This document shows positions 27,197 to 37,896 of a DNA stretch of 64,000 nucleotides, one piece after another (positions within the stretch are counted from its first letter, which is position 1; each line of letters opens with the position of its first letter). The translations under genes and the position numbers were made by a program. The DNA comes from Alphaproteobacteria bacterium (lineage in GTDB: Bacteria; Pseudomonadota; Alphaproteobacteria; GCA-2731375), in the NCBI GenBank assembly GCA_021776235.1, contig JAJFGG010000011.1:38248-102247 (forward strand), written 5' to 3'. The notes below the pieces were generated by a model. It saw only the letters and a list, made by a program, of their open reading frames with translations, made no database searches and was not told the origin of the DNA.

Positions 27197-28543
27197 TCAG
27201 CTCCCATTTTCTCGTAAAAACAGGTCGATGGCGCGGGCCGCGATTTTGCCGTCCTGCACTGCCTGTACGGTCAAATCCTCTCCCGCCACGCAATCCCCGC
27301 CGGCCCAGACATCCGGCAAAGATGTCCGGCCATCCTGATCGACGGCGATACGGCCGGCGGCCAGTTGCAGGCCGACGTCCCCTGGCGGCACGAACGCCTG
27401 GCCGACTGCCTTGAAGACCATGTCGCAGGGTAGGCTTTGTTCCGTGCCCGCATCCAACAGGCTGCCGTCGTCCGATTGCCGGACAGCGGCAAATACCGCC
27501 GCCCTGACCTCGCCGCCGCGGCCTTCCAGGCGCAACGGCCGTAGCCAGTGTTTGATCCGCACGCCGTTGATTTGGGCGAATTCCTGCTCGTGAACCGTCG
27601 CACCCATTTGCGCCGGTCCCCGGCGATAGACCAGGGTGACGTCATCGGCGCCGAGACGTTTCGACTGTACGGCGATATCGATGGCAGTGTTGCCGCCCCC
27701 GATCACGACCACCTTCGCGCCTACGGGCAAGGCGGCAAGATTATCCGCCTGACGCAGCGCGGCGATATAATCGACGGCATTGTGCACGCCGGCCAGATCT
27801 CCGCCCGGCACCTCGAGAGCGCGAACCCCGTCCTGGCCCAGGCCAAGGAAGACTGCGTCGAAGTCCCGGCGCAAATCGTCAAGGGCGATATCCCGGCCCA
27901 GTGCCAGGCCGTATCGCATGTCGATGCCGCCAATGGCGGTGACGAAGGACACCTCTTCCTGGGCGAAATTATCGGGCACTTTGTAGGCGGCAATACCGAA
28001 TTCGTTCAGGCCGCCGGGCTTGGTGCGGGCCTCGAACAAAGTCACCTCATGGCCCTGTCTGGCCAAACCGTGGGCGCAGGCCAAACCGGCTGGGCCGGCT
28101 CCGACCACCGCAACGGATTTGCCGGTAGCCGACGCACGCAGGAATGGGTGGGCCGCGGCCGGATCCAGATGATCAATGGCATGGCGTTGCAACATACCGA
28201 TGGCGACGGGCTGGTCGCCACGACCATCGACATTGTTGCGGACGCAGACGCCCTGACACAGAATTTCCGTCGGGCAGACCCGGGCGCAACTGCCACCGAG
28301 AATATTCTCTGTCAGTATCGTCATGGCAGCGCCGGAAACGTTACCGGTGGCGATGGCACGGATAAAACCCGGCACGTCGATGCCTGTCGGGCAGGCCGCG
28401 GTACAAGGTGCGTCATAACAGAAATAACAGCGCTGGGCCTCCACCAGGGCGGCGGTTTGGTCCAGGGGCTGGTGCACATCGGCGAAGTTTTCGGCCAATG
28501 CCTCGCTGTCCAACCTTCCGGCTTGGATATCCGCCTTGTCCAT
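27197..28543 (-). CDS. preT: NAD-dependent dihydropyrimidine dehydrogenase subunit PreT (GltD-like)
   Basis: CYFCYDAPCTAACPTGIDV Fe-S motif; VAVVGAGPAGLACA and VVVIGGGNTAID dinucleotide-binding motifs. The start could also be 28558 or 28567. Confidence 0.8.
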   Translation of the reverse strand: MDKADIQAGRLDSEALAENFADVHQPLDQTAALVEAQRCYFCYDAPCTAACPTGIDVPGFIRAIATGNVSGAAMTILTENILGGSCARVCPTEILCQGVCVRNNVDGRGDQPVAIGMLQRHAIDHLDPAAAHPFLRASATGKSVAVVGAGPAGLACAHGLARQGHEVTLFEARTKPGGLNEFGIAAYKVPDNFAQEEVSFVTAIGGIDMRYGLALGRDIALDDLRRDFDAVFLGLGQDGVRALEVPGGDLAGVHNAVDYIAALRQADNLAALPVGAKVVVIGGGNTAIDIAVQSKRLGADDVTLVYRRGPAQMGATVHEQEFAQINGVRIKHWLRPLRLEGRGGEVRAAVFAAVRQSDDGSLLDAGTEQSLPCDMVFKAVGQAFVPPGDVGLQLAAGRIAVDQDGRTSLPDVWAGGDCVAGEDLTVQAVQDGKIAARAIDLFLRENGS

Positions 28544-28647
28544 TGTCTCGTCCCCCATGCCCAACACAATCGTTCACTCGGACCGGCAAGTGTAACGAAT
28601 GCCAATGATCAGTGGTATAGCAAGCGCTGGATTTTTGGCCGGAACCG

Positions 28648-29268
28648 TCAGGTTTTCTTTTTCGCGCCAATCTTGGGTTCCGTACCGCTGAACAGGCGGC
28701 GAATGTTCTGGTGGTGCCGGACGAAAACAAGGATCGCCATGAAGGCGGCCAATTCCATAATCTGCCAATTGCCCAGCCACCAGGCCAATGCGGGCGCGGC
28801 GGCGGCGGCGGCCAGGGAGGCAAGAGAAGAATAGCGGAGCAAGGCCGCGACAACCAACCAGGTCAGGCAGCACAACACGCCGGCCAGCCAGTTCACCGCC
28901 AGCATCACACCGAGAAACGTCGCCATACCCTTGCCGCCGCGAAAGCGCAGCCAGACGGGAAACAGATGGCCGACAAAGGCCCCGCCCCCGGCCAGTATGG
29001 TCATATCGGGCCCGTACATGGCGCCTAACACAGCCGCTGCCGCGCCTTTGCCGCCGTCCAGCAATAAGGTCAGTGCGGCCAGGCCCTTGTTGCCTGTGCG
29101 CAGCACGTTGGTGGCGCCGATATTGCCCGAGCCGATGGCCCGAATATCACCCAGACCTGCAAGGCGGGTGAGGACCAGGCCAAAGGGGATGGATCCCAGC
29201 AAATAACCCAGCGCCGCCGCGGCCCAGTAGGGCCAAATATAGGTTAGATCGCCCATGGGACTTGGCAT
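28648..29268 (-). CDS. plsY: Glycerol-3-phosphate acyltransferase PlsY
   Basis: LGSIPFGLV…IGSGNIGATNVLR…GKG motifs; about 200 aa, polytopic. Confidence 0.9.
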   Translation of the reverse strand: MPSPMGDLTYIWPYWAAAALGYLLGSIPFGLVLTRLAGLGDIRAIGSGNIGATNVLRTGNKGLAALTLLLDGGKGAAAAVLGAMYGPDMTILAGGGAFVGHLFPVWLRFRGGKGMATFLGVMLAVNWLAGVLCCLTWLVVAALLRYSSLASLAAAAAAPALAWWLGNWQIMELAAFMAILVFVRHHQNIRRLFSGTEPKIGAKKKT

Positions 29269-29271
29269 TGT

Positions 29272-30573
29272 CTAATCCCCACCATTGGGATCGGAGTATA
29301 CCACCTTGCCATCAACGACGGTGCGCCAGGCTCGGCCTTGCACGGGCCGGTCATGATAGGGGGTGTTCTTGGCCTTGCTGTGAAAGCCGTCCTCGTCGAT
29401 GCGCCAGGGCTTGTCAGGGTCGAAAACCAGTAGATCAGCCGGCGCGCCCGGCGACAGTTTCCCGCCGCGCAGGCCGAGCAACTGCGCCGGACGGCAGGTC
29501 ATTTTCGCCAGCAGGTCGGACAAACCGATGGCGCCGTTATGATAGAGTGCCAACGCCAGGGGCAACATGGTTTCCAGGCCGATGATCCCGGTCGCGGCCA
29601 ACTCGAACGGCAAGCGCTTGGATTCCACATCCTGCGGGTCGTGGCAGGAACAGATCACATCAATCGTACCATCCGCCAGGCCGGCGACGACGGCCTGGCG
29701 GTCCGCTTCGTCGCGCAACGGCGGCGCGGTTTTGGCAAAGGTTCGGTATTCCCCAACTGCCGTCTCGTTCAAGGCAAAGCTATGCACCGCCGCCGCCGCC
29801 GATACCGGCAAACCCCGCGCCTTGCCCCGGGCCAACGCCTCTATCGCCTGGGCGGTTGACAAACAGGCGGCGTGATAGCGGCCGCCGGTCATTTCCACCA
29901 GCCGCAGATCGCGTTCCACCATGATGGTTTCAGCCTGGGTCGGGATGTCGGGCAGTCCCAGCCGCATGGCCACCTCGCCCGCATTCATAACGCCGCTGCC
30001 AGCCAATGCCGGCTCCTCTGGATAGTGGCAAATCAAAAGGTCGAAGGCCGAGGCATAGCTGAGCACCCGGCGCATCACCTGGGCGTCCGCTACCGCCCGG
30101 TCCGCATCGGTGAAGGCGACGGCGTCAGCCTCCGCCAACAGGCCCAATTCCGCCATCTTTTCACCGCGCAGCCCCTTGGTGATTGCGGCCATGGGATGGA
30201 TCCGCACGACTGCCTTGTCGCGGGCCTGGCGTTTGATGTATTCGACCAGCGCCACCTCGTCGATGACCGGTTCCGTGTTCGGTTGCACGATGATGCAGGT
30301 AACGCCACCCGCTGCCGCGGCGGCCGAGGCCGAGGCCAGGGTTTCCTTATGTTCGGCGCCGGGTTCGCCGACAAAGACGCGCATATCGATCAGGCCGGGG
30401 CATAGCACCCGGCCGGCGCAATCGACCACTTCCAACCCGTCGGGCACGCCGCCGTCGAACAGCGCCGCACCCAGATCGGTGATTATGCCGCCTTCCGTCA
30501 ATAGCGCACCGGGGCCATCGAGACCGCTGGCCGGGTCTATCAAACGGGCGTTTATATAGGCAGTGGCGCTCAT
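29272..30573 (-). CDS. pyrC: Dihydroorotase (class I, 'multifunctional complex type')
   Basis: Amidohydrolase fold ([14 protein letters not shown]…). Classic alphaproteobacterial pyrB-pyrC-plsY order. Confidence 0.8.
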   Translation of the reverse strand: MSATAYINARLIDPASGLDGPGALLTEGGIITDLGAALFDGGVPDGLEVVDCAGRVLCPGLIDMRVFVGEPGAEHKETLASASAAAAAGGVTCIIVQPNTEPVIDEVALVEYIKRQARDKAVVRIHPMAAITKGLRGEKMAELGLLAEADAVAFTDADRAVADAQVMRRVLSYASAFDLLICHYPEEPALAGSGVMNAGEVAMRLGLPDIPTQAETIMVERDLRLVEMTGGRYHAACLSTAQAIEALARGKARGLPVSAAAAVHSFALNETAVGEYRTFAKTAPPLRDEADRQAVVAGLADGTIDVICSCHDPQDVESKRLPFELAATGIIGLETMLPLALALYHNGAIGLSDLLAKMTCRPAQLLGLRGGKLSPGAPADLLVFDPDKPWRIDEDGFHSKAKNTPYHDRPVQGRAWRTVVDGKVVYSDPNGGD

Positions 30574-31553
30574 GCTCCGCCGCCATCCGGGCCGACGGGC
30601 GGTTGATTGGAGGTTTGCCGCGAAATCAGATCCAGAACAGCCATGCGCACGGCCACGCCCATTTCGACCTGCTCGCGGATGACGCTGCGGTTGATGTCGT
30701 CAGCCAGCTCGCTATCAATTTCCACGCCCCGGTTCATGGGACCCGGATGCATGATCAGGGCTTCCGGCTTGGCCTTGGCCAGCTTGCTCTGGTCAAGGCC
30801 AAAAAAATGGTAATATTCGCGCGTCGACGGCACGTAGGCCCCGTTCATACGTTCATTTTGCAGACGCAGCATCATTACAATATCCACGTCCCGCAGCCCC
30901 TCGGTCATATCGTGGAAAACCTCGACCCCCATGCGATCCATGGTGCCGGGCAACAGGGTGGGCGGGGCGATGGCGCGGACATGGGCACCCATAATGTTCA
31001 ACAGCATAATGTTCGAGCGCGCCACCCGGCTGTGCAGAATATCGCCGCAAATCGCCACGGTCAGGCCATGCAGGCGGCCCAGACGGCGGCGGATGGTCAG
31101 GGCGTCCAGCAGCGCCTGGGTGGGGTGTTCGTGGCTGCCATCACCGGCATTGATAACGCTGCAATCCATCTTCTGGCTCAACAGCGCGACGGCGCCGGAA
31201 TGGGGATGGCGCACCACCAGGGCATCAGGGTGCATGGCGTTCAGGGTTGCCGCCGTGTCAATCAGCGTCTCGCCCTTTTTGATGGCCGATGCCGTCGCCG
31301 TCATGTTGATGACATCGGCGCCCAGGCGTTTGCCCGCCAGTTCGAACGATGTGCGGGTCCGGGTCGAGGTCTCGAAGAACAGATTGATTTGCGTTCGGCC
31401 ACGCAAGATCGAACGCTTTTTGTCGACCTGACGGTTTTGCGCCACGTATTCGTCGGACAGATCAAGTATTTCGGTAATCTCGGACGGCGATAGTCCCCCG
31501 ATGCCCAAGAGGTGACGAAAAGGAAAATTGTGCGGAGATATATCGCTCATCAA
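30570..31553 (-). CDS. pyrB: Aspartate carbamoyltransferase catalytic subunit
   Basis: [19 protein letters not shown] motifs. Confidence 0.9.
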   Translation of the reverse strand: MMSDISPHNFPFRHLLGIGGLSPSEITEILDLSDEYVAQNRQVDKKRSILRGRTQINLFFETSTRTRTSFELAGKRLGADVINMTATASAIKKGETLIDTAATLNAMHPDALVVRHPHSGAVALLSQKMDCSVINAGDGSHEHPTQALLDALTIRRRLGRLHGLTVAICGDILHSRVARSNIMLLNIMGAHVRAIAPPTLLPGTMDRMGVEVFHDMTEGLRDVDIVMMLRLQNERMNGAYVPSTREYYHFFGLDQSKLAKAKPEALIMHPGPMNRGVEIDSELADDINRSVIREQVEMGVAVRMAVLDLISRQTSNQPPVGPDGGGA

Positions 31554-31625
31554 AACGCAATCTTATAGGATTGTGGGCGCGCGAGTGCAATACCAAGCGC
31601 GACGACACAGCAAAGGACCGCCAAT

Positions 31626-32348
31626 ATGAATACCTCCAACCCTGGCCGCCTGGACCCGAACGGCCGCGTCATTATGATTTCCGGGGCCAATCGGGGCATT
31701 GGCGCGGCCATTGCCGCCCGTTTGCGCCTGGACGGCTATCGCCTCAGTCTCGGCGCCCGTTCGCCGGAAACCATGGCGCAACAATCGAGTGACGATTGCC
31801 TTTGCCAGCCGTTCGATGCGCTGGACGCCGAATCGCCTCGGGCCTGGGCCGACGCCACGATGGAGAAGTTTGGCCGCATCGACGGCTTGATCAACAACGC
31901 GGGTGCCGCCGCACAATTCGGATTCGAGGATGAAGACGAGGCCAAACTGGACCATATGCTGGAGGTCAATCTGAAAGCGCCCTACCGCTTGATCCGCGCC
32001 GCTCTGCCGCACTTACAAGCCTCGGGCAGTGGTCGGATCGTCAATGTTACTTCCCTGGCCGGCATCCGATACAAACGGGGTTCCGCCGGTTACGCAATTT
32101 CCAAGTTTGCCGCCATGGGCCTGAATTCGGCCGCCCGTTCTTTGCTTTGGGACGACGGCATCCGGGTGACGGCAGTAGCGCCGGGACCGGTCAATACGGA
32201 TATGATGCCGCAGATGGGTGGAATGACCCGCGAGGACGTAACGCAACCGGAAACCATCGCTGATGTGGTGGCCTTGGTCCTGGCCATGCCGAACAACGCC
32301 TCGGTCGCCGCGGTGCCCATTAACGCCGTCTTCGAGCCATTACCGTAG
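31626..32348 (+). CDS. SDR-family oxidoreductase
   Basis: ISGANRGIGAAIA and NNAGAA motifs, with YxxxK (YAISKFA). Confidence 0.85.
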   Translation: MNTSNPGRLDPNGRVIMISGANRGIGAAIAARLRLDGYRLSLGARSPETMAQQSSDDCLCQPFDALDAESPRAWADATMEKFGRIDGLINNAGAAAQFGFEDEDEAKLDHMLEVNLKAPYRLIRAALPHLQASGSGRIVNVTSLAGIRYKRGSAGYAISKFAAMGLNSAARSLLWDDGIRVTAVAPGPVNTDMMPQMGGMTREDVTQPETIADVVALVLAMPNNASVAAVPINAVFEPLP

Positions 32349-32372
32349 GGACAGAACCGTAGGGACAGCACC

Positions 32373-32771
32373 GTGAGATCGAACCTGCATAACTGGCCTG
32401 TTGTTTTTGCCGGCATCAGCGGCGCCATGGCAGTAGCCATGGCCGCAGGCGCGGCCCACGACTTGCAGGATTCGCTGGCGGCTGCGGATTTGGAGCGTAT
32501 CCAGACCGCCGTGCGTTATCAGATCTGGCACGCCCTGGCCCTGCTGGGTACGGCGGCCTTGACGGCAACCGCAACTGACGGGCCATTAGTGTCGCTACGG
32601 GTTGCCGCCTATGGCTTTGCCTTGGGCACCTTGGCATTCTGCGGCGGACTATATCTGCTGTCGTTCACGGGCGTGGAATTGTTCGGCTGGCTGGCGCCTG
32701 TGGGGGGCCTGGCCTTCATCGCCGGCTGGCTGGCCCTGGCCGCTTACGGCTGGCGCCGGCATCGCGGGTAA
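32373..32771 (+). CDS. DUF423-domain membrane protein
   Basis: About 130 aa, four TM segments, AAHDL…VRYQIWHALALL pattern. Confidence 0.6.
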   Translation: MRSNLHNWPVVFAGISGAMAVAMAAGAAHDLQDSLAAADLERIQTAVRYQIWHALALLGTAALTATATDGPLVSLRVAAYGFALGTLAFCGGLYLLSFTGVELFGWLAPVGGLAFIAGWLALAAYGWRRHRG

Positions 32772-33616
32772 TGCCATTGCCCTTGATTTCCATTCTGATG
32801 GCGGCCTATCAGGCCGAGGCAACCATTCTGGCGGCGGTCAACAGCGTCCGCTTGCAGCAACATCGAAACTGGGAGTTGATCATCGCCAATGATTGCGGCG
32901 CCGATTATCTTGCCCTATGCCGCGCCAATGGCGTTGATGACCGGCGCATTCGCATGGTGCCGACGCCGGCCATTCGCTCCGGCCCATCAGCGGCGAGGAA
33001 TTGTGCCCTGGCGGCGGCGCGGGGTGAATATCTGTCGATCCTGGATGCTGACGATACCTGGCAACCGGAAAAACTGTCGGCCCTGCTGCCCCTGACCGGG
33101 GAATTGGGACTGGCCTGCGACAACACCCGCGCCATACACCCCGACGGCCGGTTTGTTGCGACCGCCTACGCAATCAGCGCCACGCCCCGCAACATTGACG
33201 CCTTGACCATGATGAATTCCGGTGTGCCGCATTTTCCCCTGTTGCGGCGGGATCTGGCCGGATCCGGTTATCACGCGGATCTTTGGTTCGCCGAAGACGT
33301 TGTTTTCAATATGGAAACCATCGCCCGTGCCGGGGCCATGACCCTGCTGCCCCAACCCCTGACCAATTATATTCAGCGGCCGGACAGCGCCGCCAACGCC
33401 GCGGACGCCTGGCAACGGGCCGAGACGGCCTATGGCCAGATACTGAAAATGCTGGCGCGCGGTAACCTAGCTGTACCGGCGCGCCAGGAGGCCGGAATAA
33501 AACGCGCTTTGGTCGAGAAACGCCGCCTGAATTTGGCCTATGGTTCGGCGGTTGCAGCGGGGACGGCGAGCACGTTCCAGGATTTTCTAGCGATACGCCG
33601 CCTACAAGCGGAATAA
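32771..33616 (+). CDS. Family 2 glycosyltransferase
   Basis: ISILMAAYQAE…ILDADD motifs (DxD). Confidence 0.75.
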   Translation: MPLPLISILMAAYQAEATILAAVNSVRLQQHRNWELIIANDCGADYLALCRANGVDDRRIRMVPTPAIRSGPSAARNCALAAARGEYLSILDADDTWQPEKLSALLPLTGELGLACDNTRAIHPDGRFVATAYAISATPRNIDALTMMNSGVPHFPLLRRDLAGSGYHADLWFAEDVVFNMETIARAGAMTLLPQPLTNYIQRPDSAANAADAWQRAETAYGQILKMLARGNLAVPARQEAGIKRALVEKRRLNLAYGSAVAAGTASTFQDFLAIRRLQAE

Positions 33617-33845
33617 TGGCATAGTATGCTCTGATCGGCCTTGGCAAAGGGTCGAATATGGTGGAAGAATGGCGCCACTTTAAACGACAGGCCGTGCTAT
33701 TATGGTATCTGCCACGCGCGTCCCAGATTTTAAACGCCGCCTGATCAGGCGGTGGAGGCAAACGGTGTACGAATCGCGGCGAACTTTTGGGCGAATAAAT
33801 TGGCTGCGAATGGACGACTGCAAATCACAAGGGAGGACTGATGTG

Positions 33846-35174
33846 ATGCAAATTATGAAACGGTCTGGCGGAATTGCGCTGCTGGCGACGGGCTTGGCCG
33901 CCGCCATCGGCTTGACTGCCGGCATGGCCAATGCCGCCGACAAGGTGGTCATGGCGGTGCCGACATTTCTAACCGGGGCCGGCGCCCCAGCCTTTGGCGT
34001 GCCCGCGCGTAACGGCGCCGAGGTCATTATCGAGGCCATCAACAAGGGCACCCTGCCGGCACCATATGACAAAAGCGGCAAGGGCCTGGCTGGCCGGCAA
34101 ATTCAGGCCGTGATCTATGACGAGTCCGGCGGCGGCGTGAAGCAAGTGGCTGAATTCCGCAACAAGGTGCAGAAACAGGGCGTCGATCTGTTCGTCGGAT
34201 ATATCTCTTCCGGCACCTGCGCGGCCATCACGCCGGTGGCCGAGGAATTGAAGATGCTGACCATCTTCCCGATTTGCGGCACACCGCGGATTTTCGAAGA
34301 AATCAATACAAACCCAAAATACGTCTTCCGTACCATGGGCCACGCCACGGCGGACGGCGTTGCCGAAGCTCATTACGTGAAAGCCAATATGGCTGACGTC
34401 AAAGGCTATACCGGGATCAATCAGAATTATGCCTGGGGTCAGGATTCCTGGCGTGATTTCGATCTCGCCATGAAGCAACTGATGCCGTCGGTCCCCGCGT
34501 CGGACAAAGCGCAATGGCCAAAAATCTTCTCCGGTCAGTACGGCGCCGAAATTTCGGCCCTGATGTTGTCAAAGGAACCTCTGGTGCATTCCAGCCTTTG
34601 GGGCGGCGATCTGGAAGCTTTCATTTTCCAGGGTTCGGCCCGTGGCTTGTTCCGCAAGAAAAAGCTGCTGTTCTCGGTTGCTGATACCTCGGTCTATCGC
34701 TTGGGCAAAAAGGTGCCAACCGGCGTTATCCTTGGCGCCCGTGGCCCATATGGCATTTTTGCCGCCAATGTGGACACGCCGTTGAACAACTGGTTCCGCA
34801 AAGTCTATATCGACCGTTATTCGGTCCCGCCCGTTGGCGGCTCCTATCAGGCGGCCCAGGGCGTTCTGGCAGCCAAATTTGCCTACGACAAGGCGGCGGC
34901 AGCCAACGGTGGCAAGTTCCCCAGCAAGGATCAAGTCATTGCCGCGTTGGAGGGTGCGACCTACCAGGGCATCGCTGCCGAGGTCCACATGAACCGCTCG
35001 AACGGCCATCAGGCCGCTACCATCCATCAGATCGGCATCCTGGAATGGGACAAGGATGCGGGCGAACCCATCATGACCAATGTCACCACCTTCCCAGCCG
35101 ACTGTGTAATGCCGCCCCCGGGCGTCAATGGCACGGAATGGCTGAAAGGCGGCATGAAGGGCGCCAAGTGCTAG
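33846..35174 (+). CDS. ABC transporter substrate-binding protein (LivK / branched-chain amino acid-type family)
   Basis: Start at ATG 33846 (MQIMKRSGGIALLATGLAAAIGLTAGMANAAD; AAGGGAGG upstream). Periplasmic-binding-protein type I composition. Confidence 0.8.
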   Translation: MQIMKRSGGIALLATGLAAAIGLTAGMANAADKVVMAVPTFLTGAGAPAFGVPARNGAEVIIEAINKGTLPAPYDKSGKGLAGRQIQAVIYDESGGGVKQVAEFRNKVQKQGVDLFVGYISSGTCAAITPVAEELKMLTIFPICGTPRIFEEINTNPKYVFRTMGHATADGVAEAHYVKANMADVKGYTGINQNYAWGQDSWRDFDLAMKQLMPSVPASDKAQWPKIFSGQYGAEISALMLSKEPLVHSSLWGGDLEAFIFQGSARGLFRKKKLLFSVADTSVYRLGKKVPTGVILGARGPYGIFAANVDTPLNNWFRKVYIDRYSVPPVGGSYQAAQGVLAAKFAYDKAAAANGGKFPSKDQVIAALEGATYQGIAAEVHMNRSNGHQAATIHQIGILEWDKDAGEPIMTNVTTFPADCVMPPPGVNGTEWLKGGMKGAKC

Positions 35175-35258
35175 CAACGTTACCAACCGGGGGCGCCACA
35201 AAAATGCGCCCCCGGAGTTTCTTCGACTTTAGTACCTCATCATAGAAGCGAGCACGCC

Positions 35259-36155
35259 GTGTTAACGTTGATCGCCATCCTGGTCGACGGCTTGATATAC
35301 TCATCCTACCTTTTCATGGTCGCCGTAGGTCTGACGGTGATCTTTGGTGTGATGAAAATATTGAACGTCACCCACGGATCATTTTACGCCTTTGGCGCCT
35401 ATATGTCGGCTACCCTGGTCGGGATCTATTACCAAACTGATTTACCGGAATTCGGCGGTTTTTTAGTCATATTCGGCGCAGCGCTGATTGTTGGCGTTTT
35501 TTTCGGCGTCATCTTGGAGCGCGGCCTGTTGCGGTTCCTATATCATCGGGACGAACATATTATCGTGTTGGCAACCTTTGCCATGTTCCTGGTGCTAGAA
35601 GACGTGCTGCTGATGATCTGGGGCACTGACCCCTATTACGCCACCGAGCCAATGGGCTTGTTGGGCTTCATTGACATCGAAGTCCTGTCATATGACGTGT
35701 ACCGTTTGTCCTTCATTGCGCTGGCTGTTGTCGTGGGTCTCGGCCTTTGGCTGGGATTAACCCGGACCAAATGGGGCAAAGTACTCCTGGCGGTAATATT
35801 CGACCGAGAAATAAGCCAAGCCATGGGCGTCAATGTGACCGTCGTATTTTTGGTGACTTTCGTCATCGGCTCCATTTTGGGGGCCCTGGGCGGGGCCTAC
35901 ATCGCCCCTACCATATCGGTATCGCCGGGCATAGGCGTGGAAGTCATCGTGCTGGCCTTTGCGGTTGTCGTGATTGGCGGCATGGGCTCGATTCCCGGCG
36001 CCATGATCGGCTCTCTTTTGGTGGGCATTTCGCGGGCCGCTGCGGTGCATCAATTTCCCGAAATTGAACTATTCGTGATCTACGCGATAATGGCGGCCGT
36101 TTTGGCATTCCGGCCCGAAGGCCTGTTCGCCCCCGCTCAGGCCAGGAAAATCTGA
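35259..36155 (+). CDS. Branched-chain amino acid ABC transporter permease (LivH-like)
   Basis: Polytopic protein. Stop and start are coupled with the next permease (TGATG). Confidence 0.85.
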   Translation: MLTLIAILVDGLIYSSYLFMVAVGLTVIFGVMKILNVTHGSFYAFGAYMSATLVGIYYQTDLPEFGGFLVIFGAALIVGVFFGVILERGLLRFLYHRDEHIIVLATFAMFLVLEDVLLMIWGTDPYYATEPMGLLGFIDIEVLSYDVYRLSFIALAVVVGLGLWLGLTRTKWGKVLLAVIFDREISQAMGVNVTVVFLVTFVIGSILGALGGAYIAPTISVSPGIGVEVIVLAFAVVVIGGMGSIPGAMIGSLLVGISRAAAVHQFPEIELFVIYAIMAAVLAFRPEGLFAPAQARKI

Positions 36156-37111
36156 TGCGCTATATTGACAAGACGGTCGTCGGCCTCACCATCGCCTTCC
36201 TGGCCTTGCTGTTCGCCGATTTTTTCATGGCGGAGTGGATGCGTTTTATCGGCCTGCAAAGCCTGGCCCGCGGCACCGTCGCACTTGGCCTGCTGGTATT
36301 GTGGCGTACCGGGCTGGTGTCATTTGGCCATGCCTTGTATTTCGGCTTTGGCGCTTATGCGGCGGCCATGTTGACCCTGTTGGGCTATCACGACGCCTTC
36401 TTCCTGGTCTTTGCGGGCACCTTGGTTGCCGGATTGTTGGCATTCCTACTGGGGTTCTTGTTGCGCCGCTATCGGGCGATCTTTTTTGCCCTGTTGAATA
36501 TGGCCTTTTCCATGATCCTCTATGGCGTCATCGTGAAGACCGAGGCACTAGGCAGCACCGATGGATTTTCCGTCCTTGCCCCTACGTTTCTTGGTTATGC
36601 GCCCGAGGGGGAAGCCGTGCAAACAACACTGTTTCTCTTTACCCTGGTTTTCACCTATCTCATAACTCTTAGCGTGCATTTGTATCTGAAGACCACCCTG
36701 GGCGGCATGAGCATGGCGGTCCGGGAAAACGAGATCCGAGTGGAGTATCTGGGTTATTCAGCCGAGAAGGTGATCCATGTCAAATACGTCTTCTCGGGCC
36801 TGGTAGCCGGTTTCGGGGGCGCCATCATGGCCCTGGCCATCGGGCAGGTGGATCCCGACTCCATGGCCAATTGGACCGTTTCCGGCGAATTCGTCTTCAT
36901 CACCATTCTCAGCGGTATCGGAAACGTCGCAGCGACGTTCATTGGCGCCTTGGTGTTCGAATTGATCCGCACATACGCCTTTGAATACGCACCGCAGTTC
37001 TGGCAGTTCATACTGGGCGGCAGCCTTTTGGCGATTATTATGTTCCTGCCCGACGGCATCTGGTCTGTGTTATCGCGTTTGCGCAAGGCCGAAAAGGCGC
37101 CTTCTCCATGA
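36155..37111 (+). CDS. Branched-chain amino acid ABC transporter permease (LivM-like)
   Basis: Polytopic protein. ATGA overlap with the following ATPase gene. Confidence 0.85.
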   Translation: MRYIDKTVVGLTIAFLALLFADFFMAEWMRFIGLQSLARGTVALGLLVLWRTGLVSFGHALYFGFGAYAAAMLTLLGYHDAFFLVFAGTLVAGLLAFLLGFLLRRYRAIFFALLNMAFSMILYGVIVKTEALGSTDGFSVLAPTFLGYAPEGEAVQTTLFLFTLVFTYLITLSVHLYLKTTLGGMSMAVRENEIRVEYLGYSAEKVIHVKYVFSGLVAGFGGAIMALAIGQVDPDSMANWTVSGEFVFITILSGIGNVAATFIGALVFELIRTYAFEYAPQFWQFILGGSLLAIIMFLPDGIWSVLSRLRKAEKAPSP

Positions 37112-37896
37112 GCGTGGTTCTTGAAGTTCGCGACCTGCAGAGATCTTTTGGCGCCGTGATTGCCGCCAAGGATATCAATGTCACCGTCAATGAGCACGAA
37201 ATCATCGGTATTATCGGCGCCAACGGAGCCGGCAAAACCACCTTCGTGAATATGGTCACCGGATACTTAAAGCCCACTTCAGGCCAAATCGAGTTCGCCG
37301 GTCGCAGCGTCATCGGCCTGCCTCCCAGGGAGATTACGAGACTGGGCATTTCCAGATCGTTCCAGGTGCCCCAGGTCTTCATGTCTGAATCGGTATTCGA
37401 CAATCTATTGATGGCCTATGCCATCGCAGAAGAAACCGGTGTGGGATTGCTCTCGCCCTTGTACAACGACGAGCGTGCCGAGCGGGTGGACAGCCATTTG
37501 CGCCGTTATCAGATCGCTGAATACCGCAACGCCATGGCCTCGACCCTGCCCCAAGGCACCCGCAAATTATTGGACATCGCCATGGCGGCGGTACGCAAGC
37601 CGACCATTCTGATGCTTGATGAACCCACCTCGGGCATCTCGGTCGAGGAGAAATTCGGCTTGATGGACATCATCATGGATGCCTTGCGGGTGGACGACAC
37701 GACGGTGCTGTTTATCGAACATGACATGGAAATTGTTGAACGCTATGTCAGCCGGGTGCTGGCGTTTTATCAAGGCGAAGTCATCTGTGATGCGCCGACA
37801 GCCGAGGCCATGGTCGACCCAGGTGTTCGGGAGTTTGTTATTGGCGAGGAGTATCATCGAACCCGAACTGAAACCGGGGGGAGCGAACATGCTTAA
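37108..37896 (+). CDS. ABC transporter ATP-binding protein (LivG-like)
   Basis: GANGAGKTT, LDEPTSG and signature-motif region. Confidence 0.9.
   Translation: MSVVLEVRDLQRSFGAVIAAKDINVTVNEHEIIGIIGANGAGKTTFVNMVTGYLKPTSGQIEFAGRSVIGLPPREITRLGISRSFQVPQVFMSESVFDNLLMAYAIAEETGVGLLSPLYNDERAERVDSHLRRYQIAEYRNAMASTLPQGTRKLLDIAMAAVRKPTILMLDEPTSGISVEEKFGLMDIIMDALRVDDTTVLFIEHDMEIVERYVSRVLAFYQGEVICDAPTAEAMVDPGVREFVIGEEYHRTRTETGGSEHA

Noticed and set aside
28042-29268. Numerous overlapping ORFs inside preT and plsY (e.g. 28144..28365, 28413..28853, 28788..29171)
   Set aside because: Alternative-frame artefacts within well-supported genes; Pro/Arg-rich nonsense translations.
37679-37888. N-terminal extension of the livF ORF as drawn in the track
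   Set aside because: The extension lies inside livG in another frame. A GGGGGGAG-preceded ATG at 37889 gives the canonical ATPase N-terminus.
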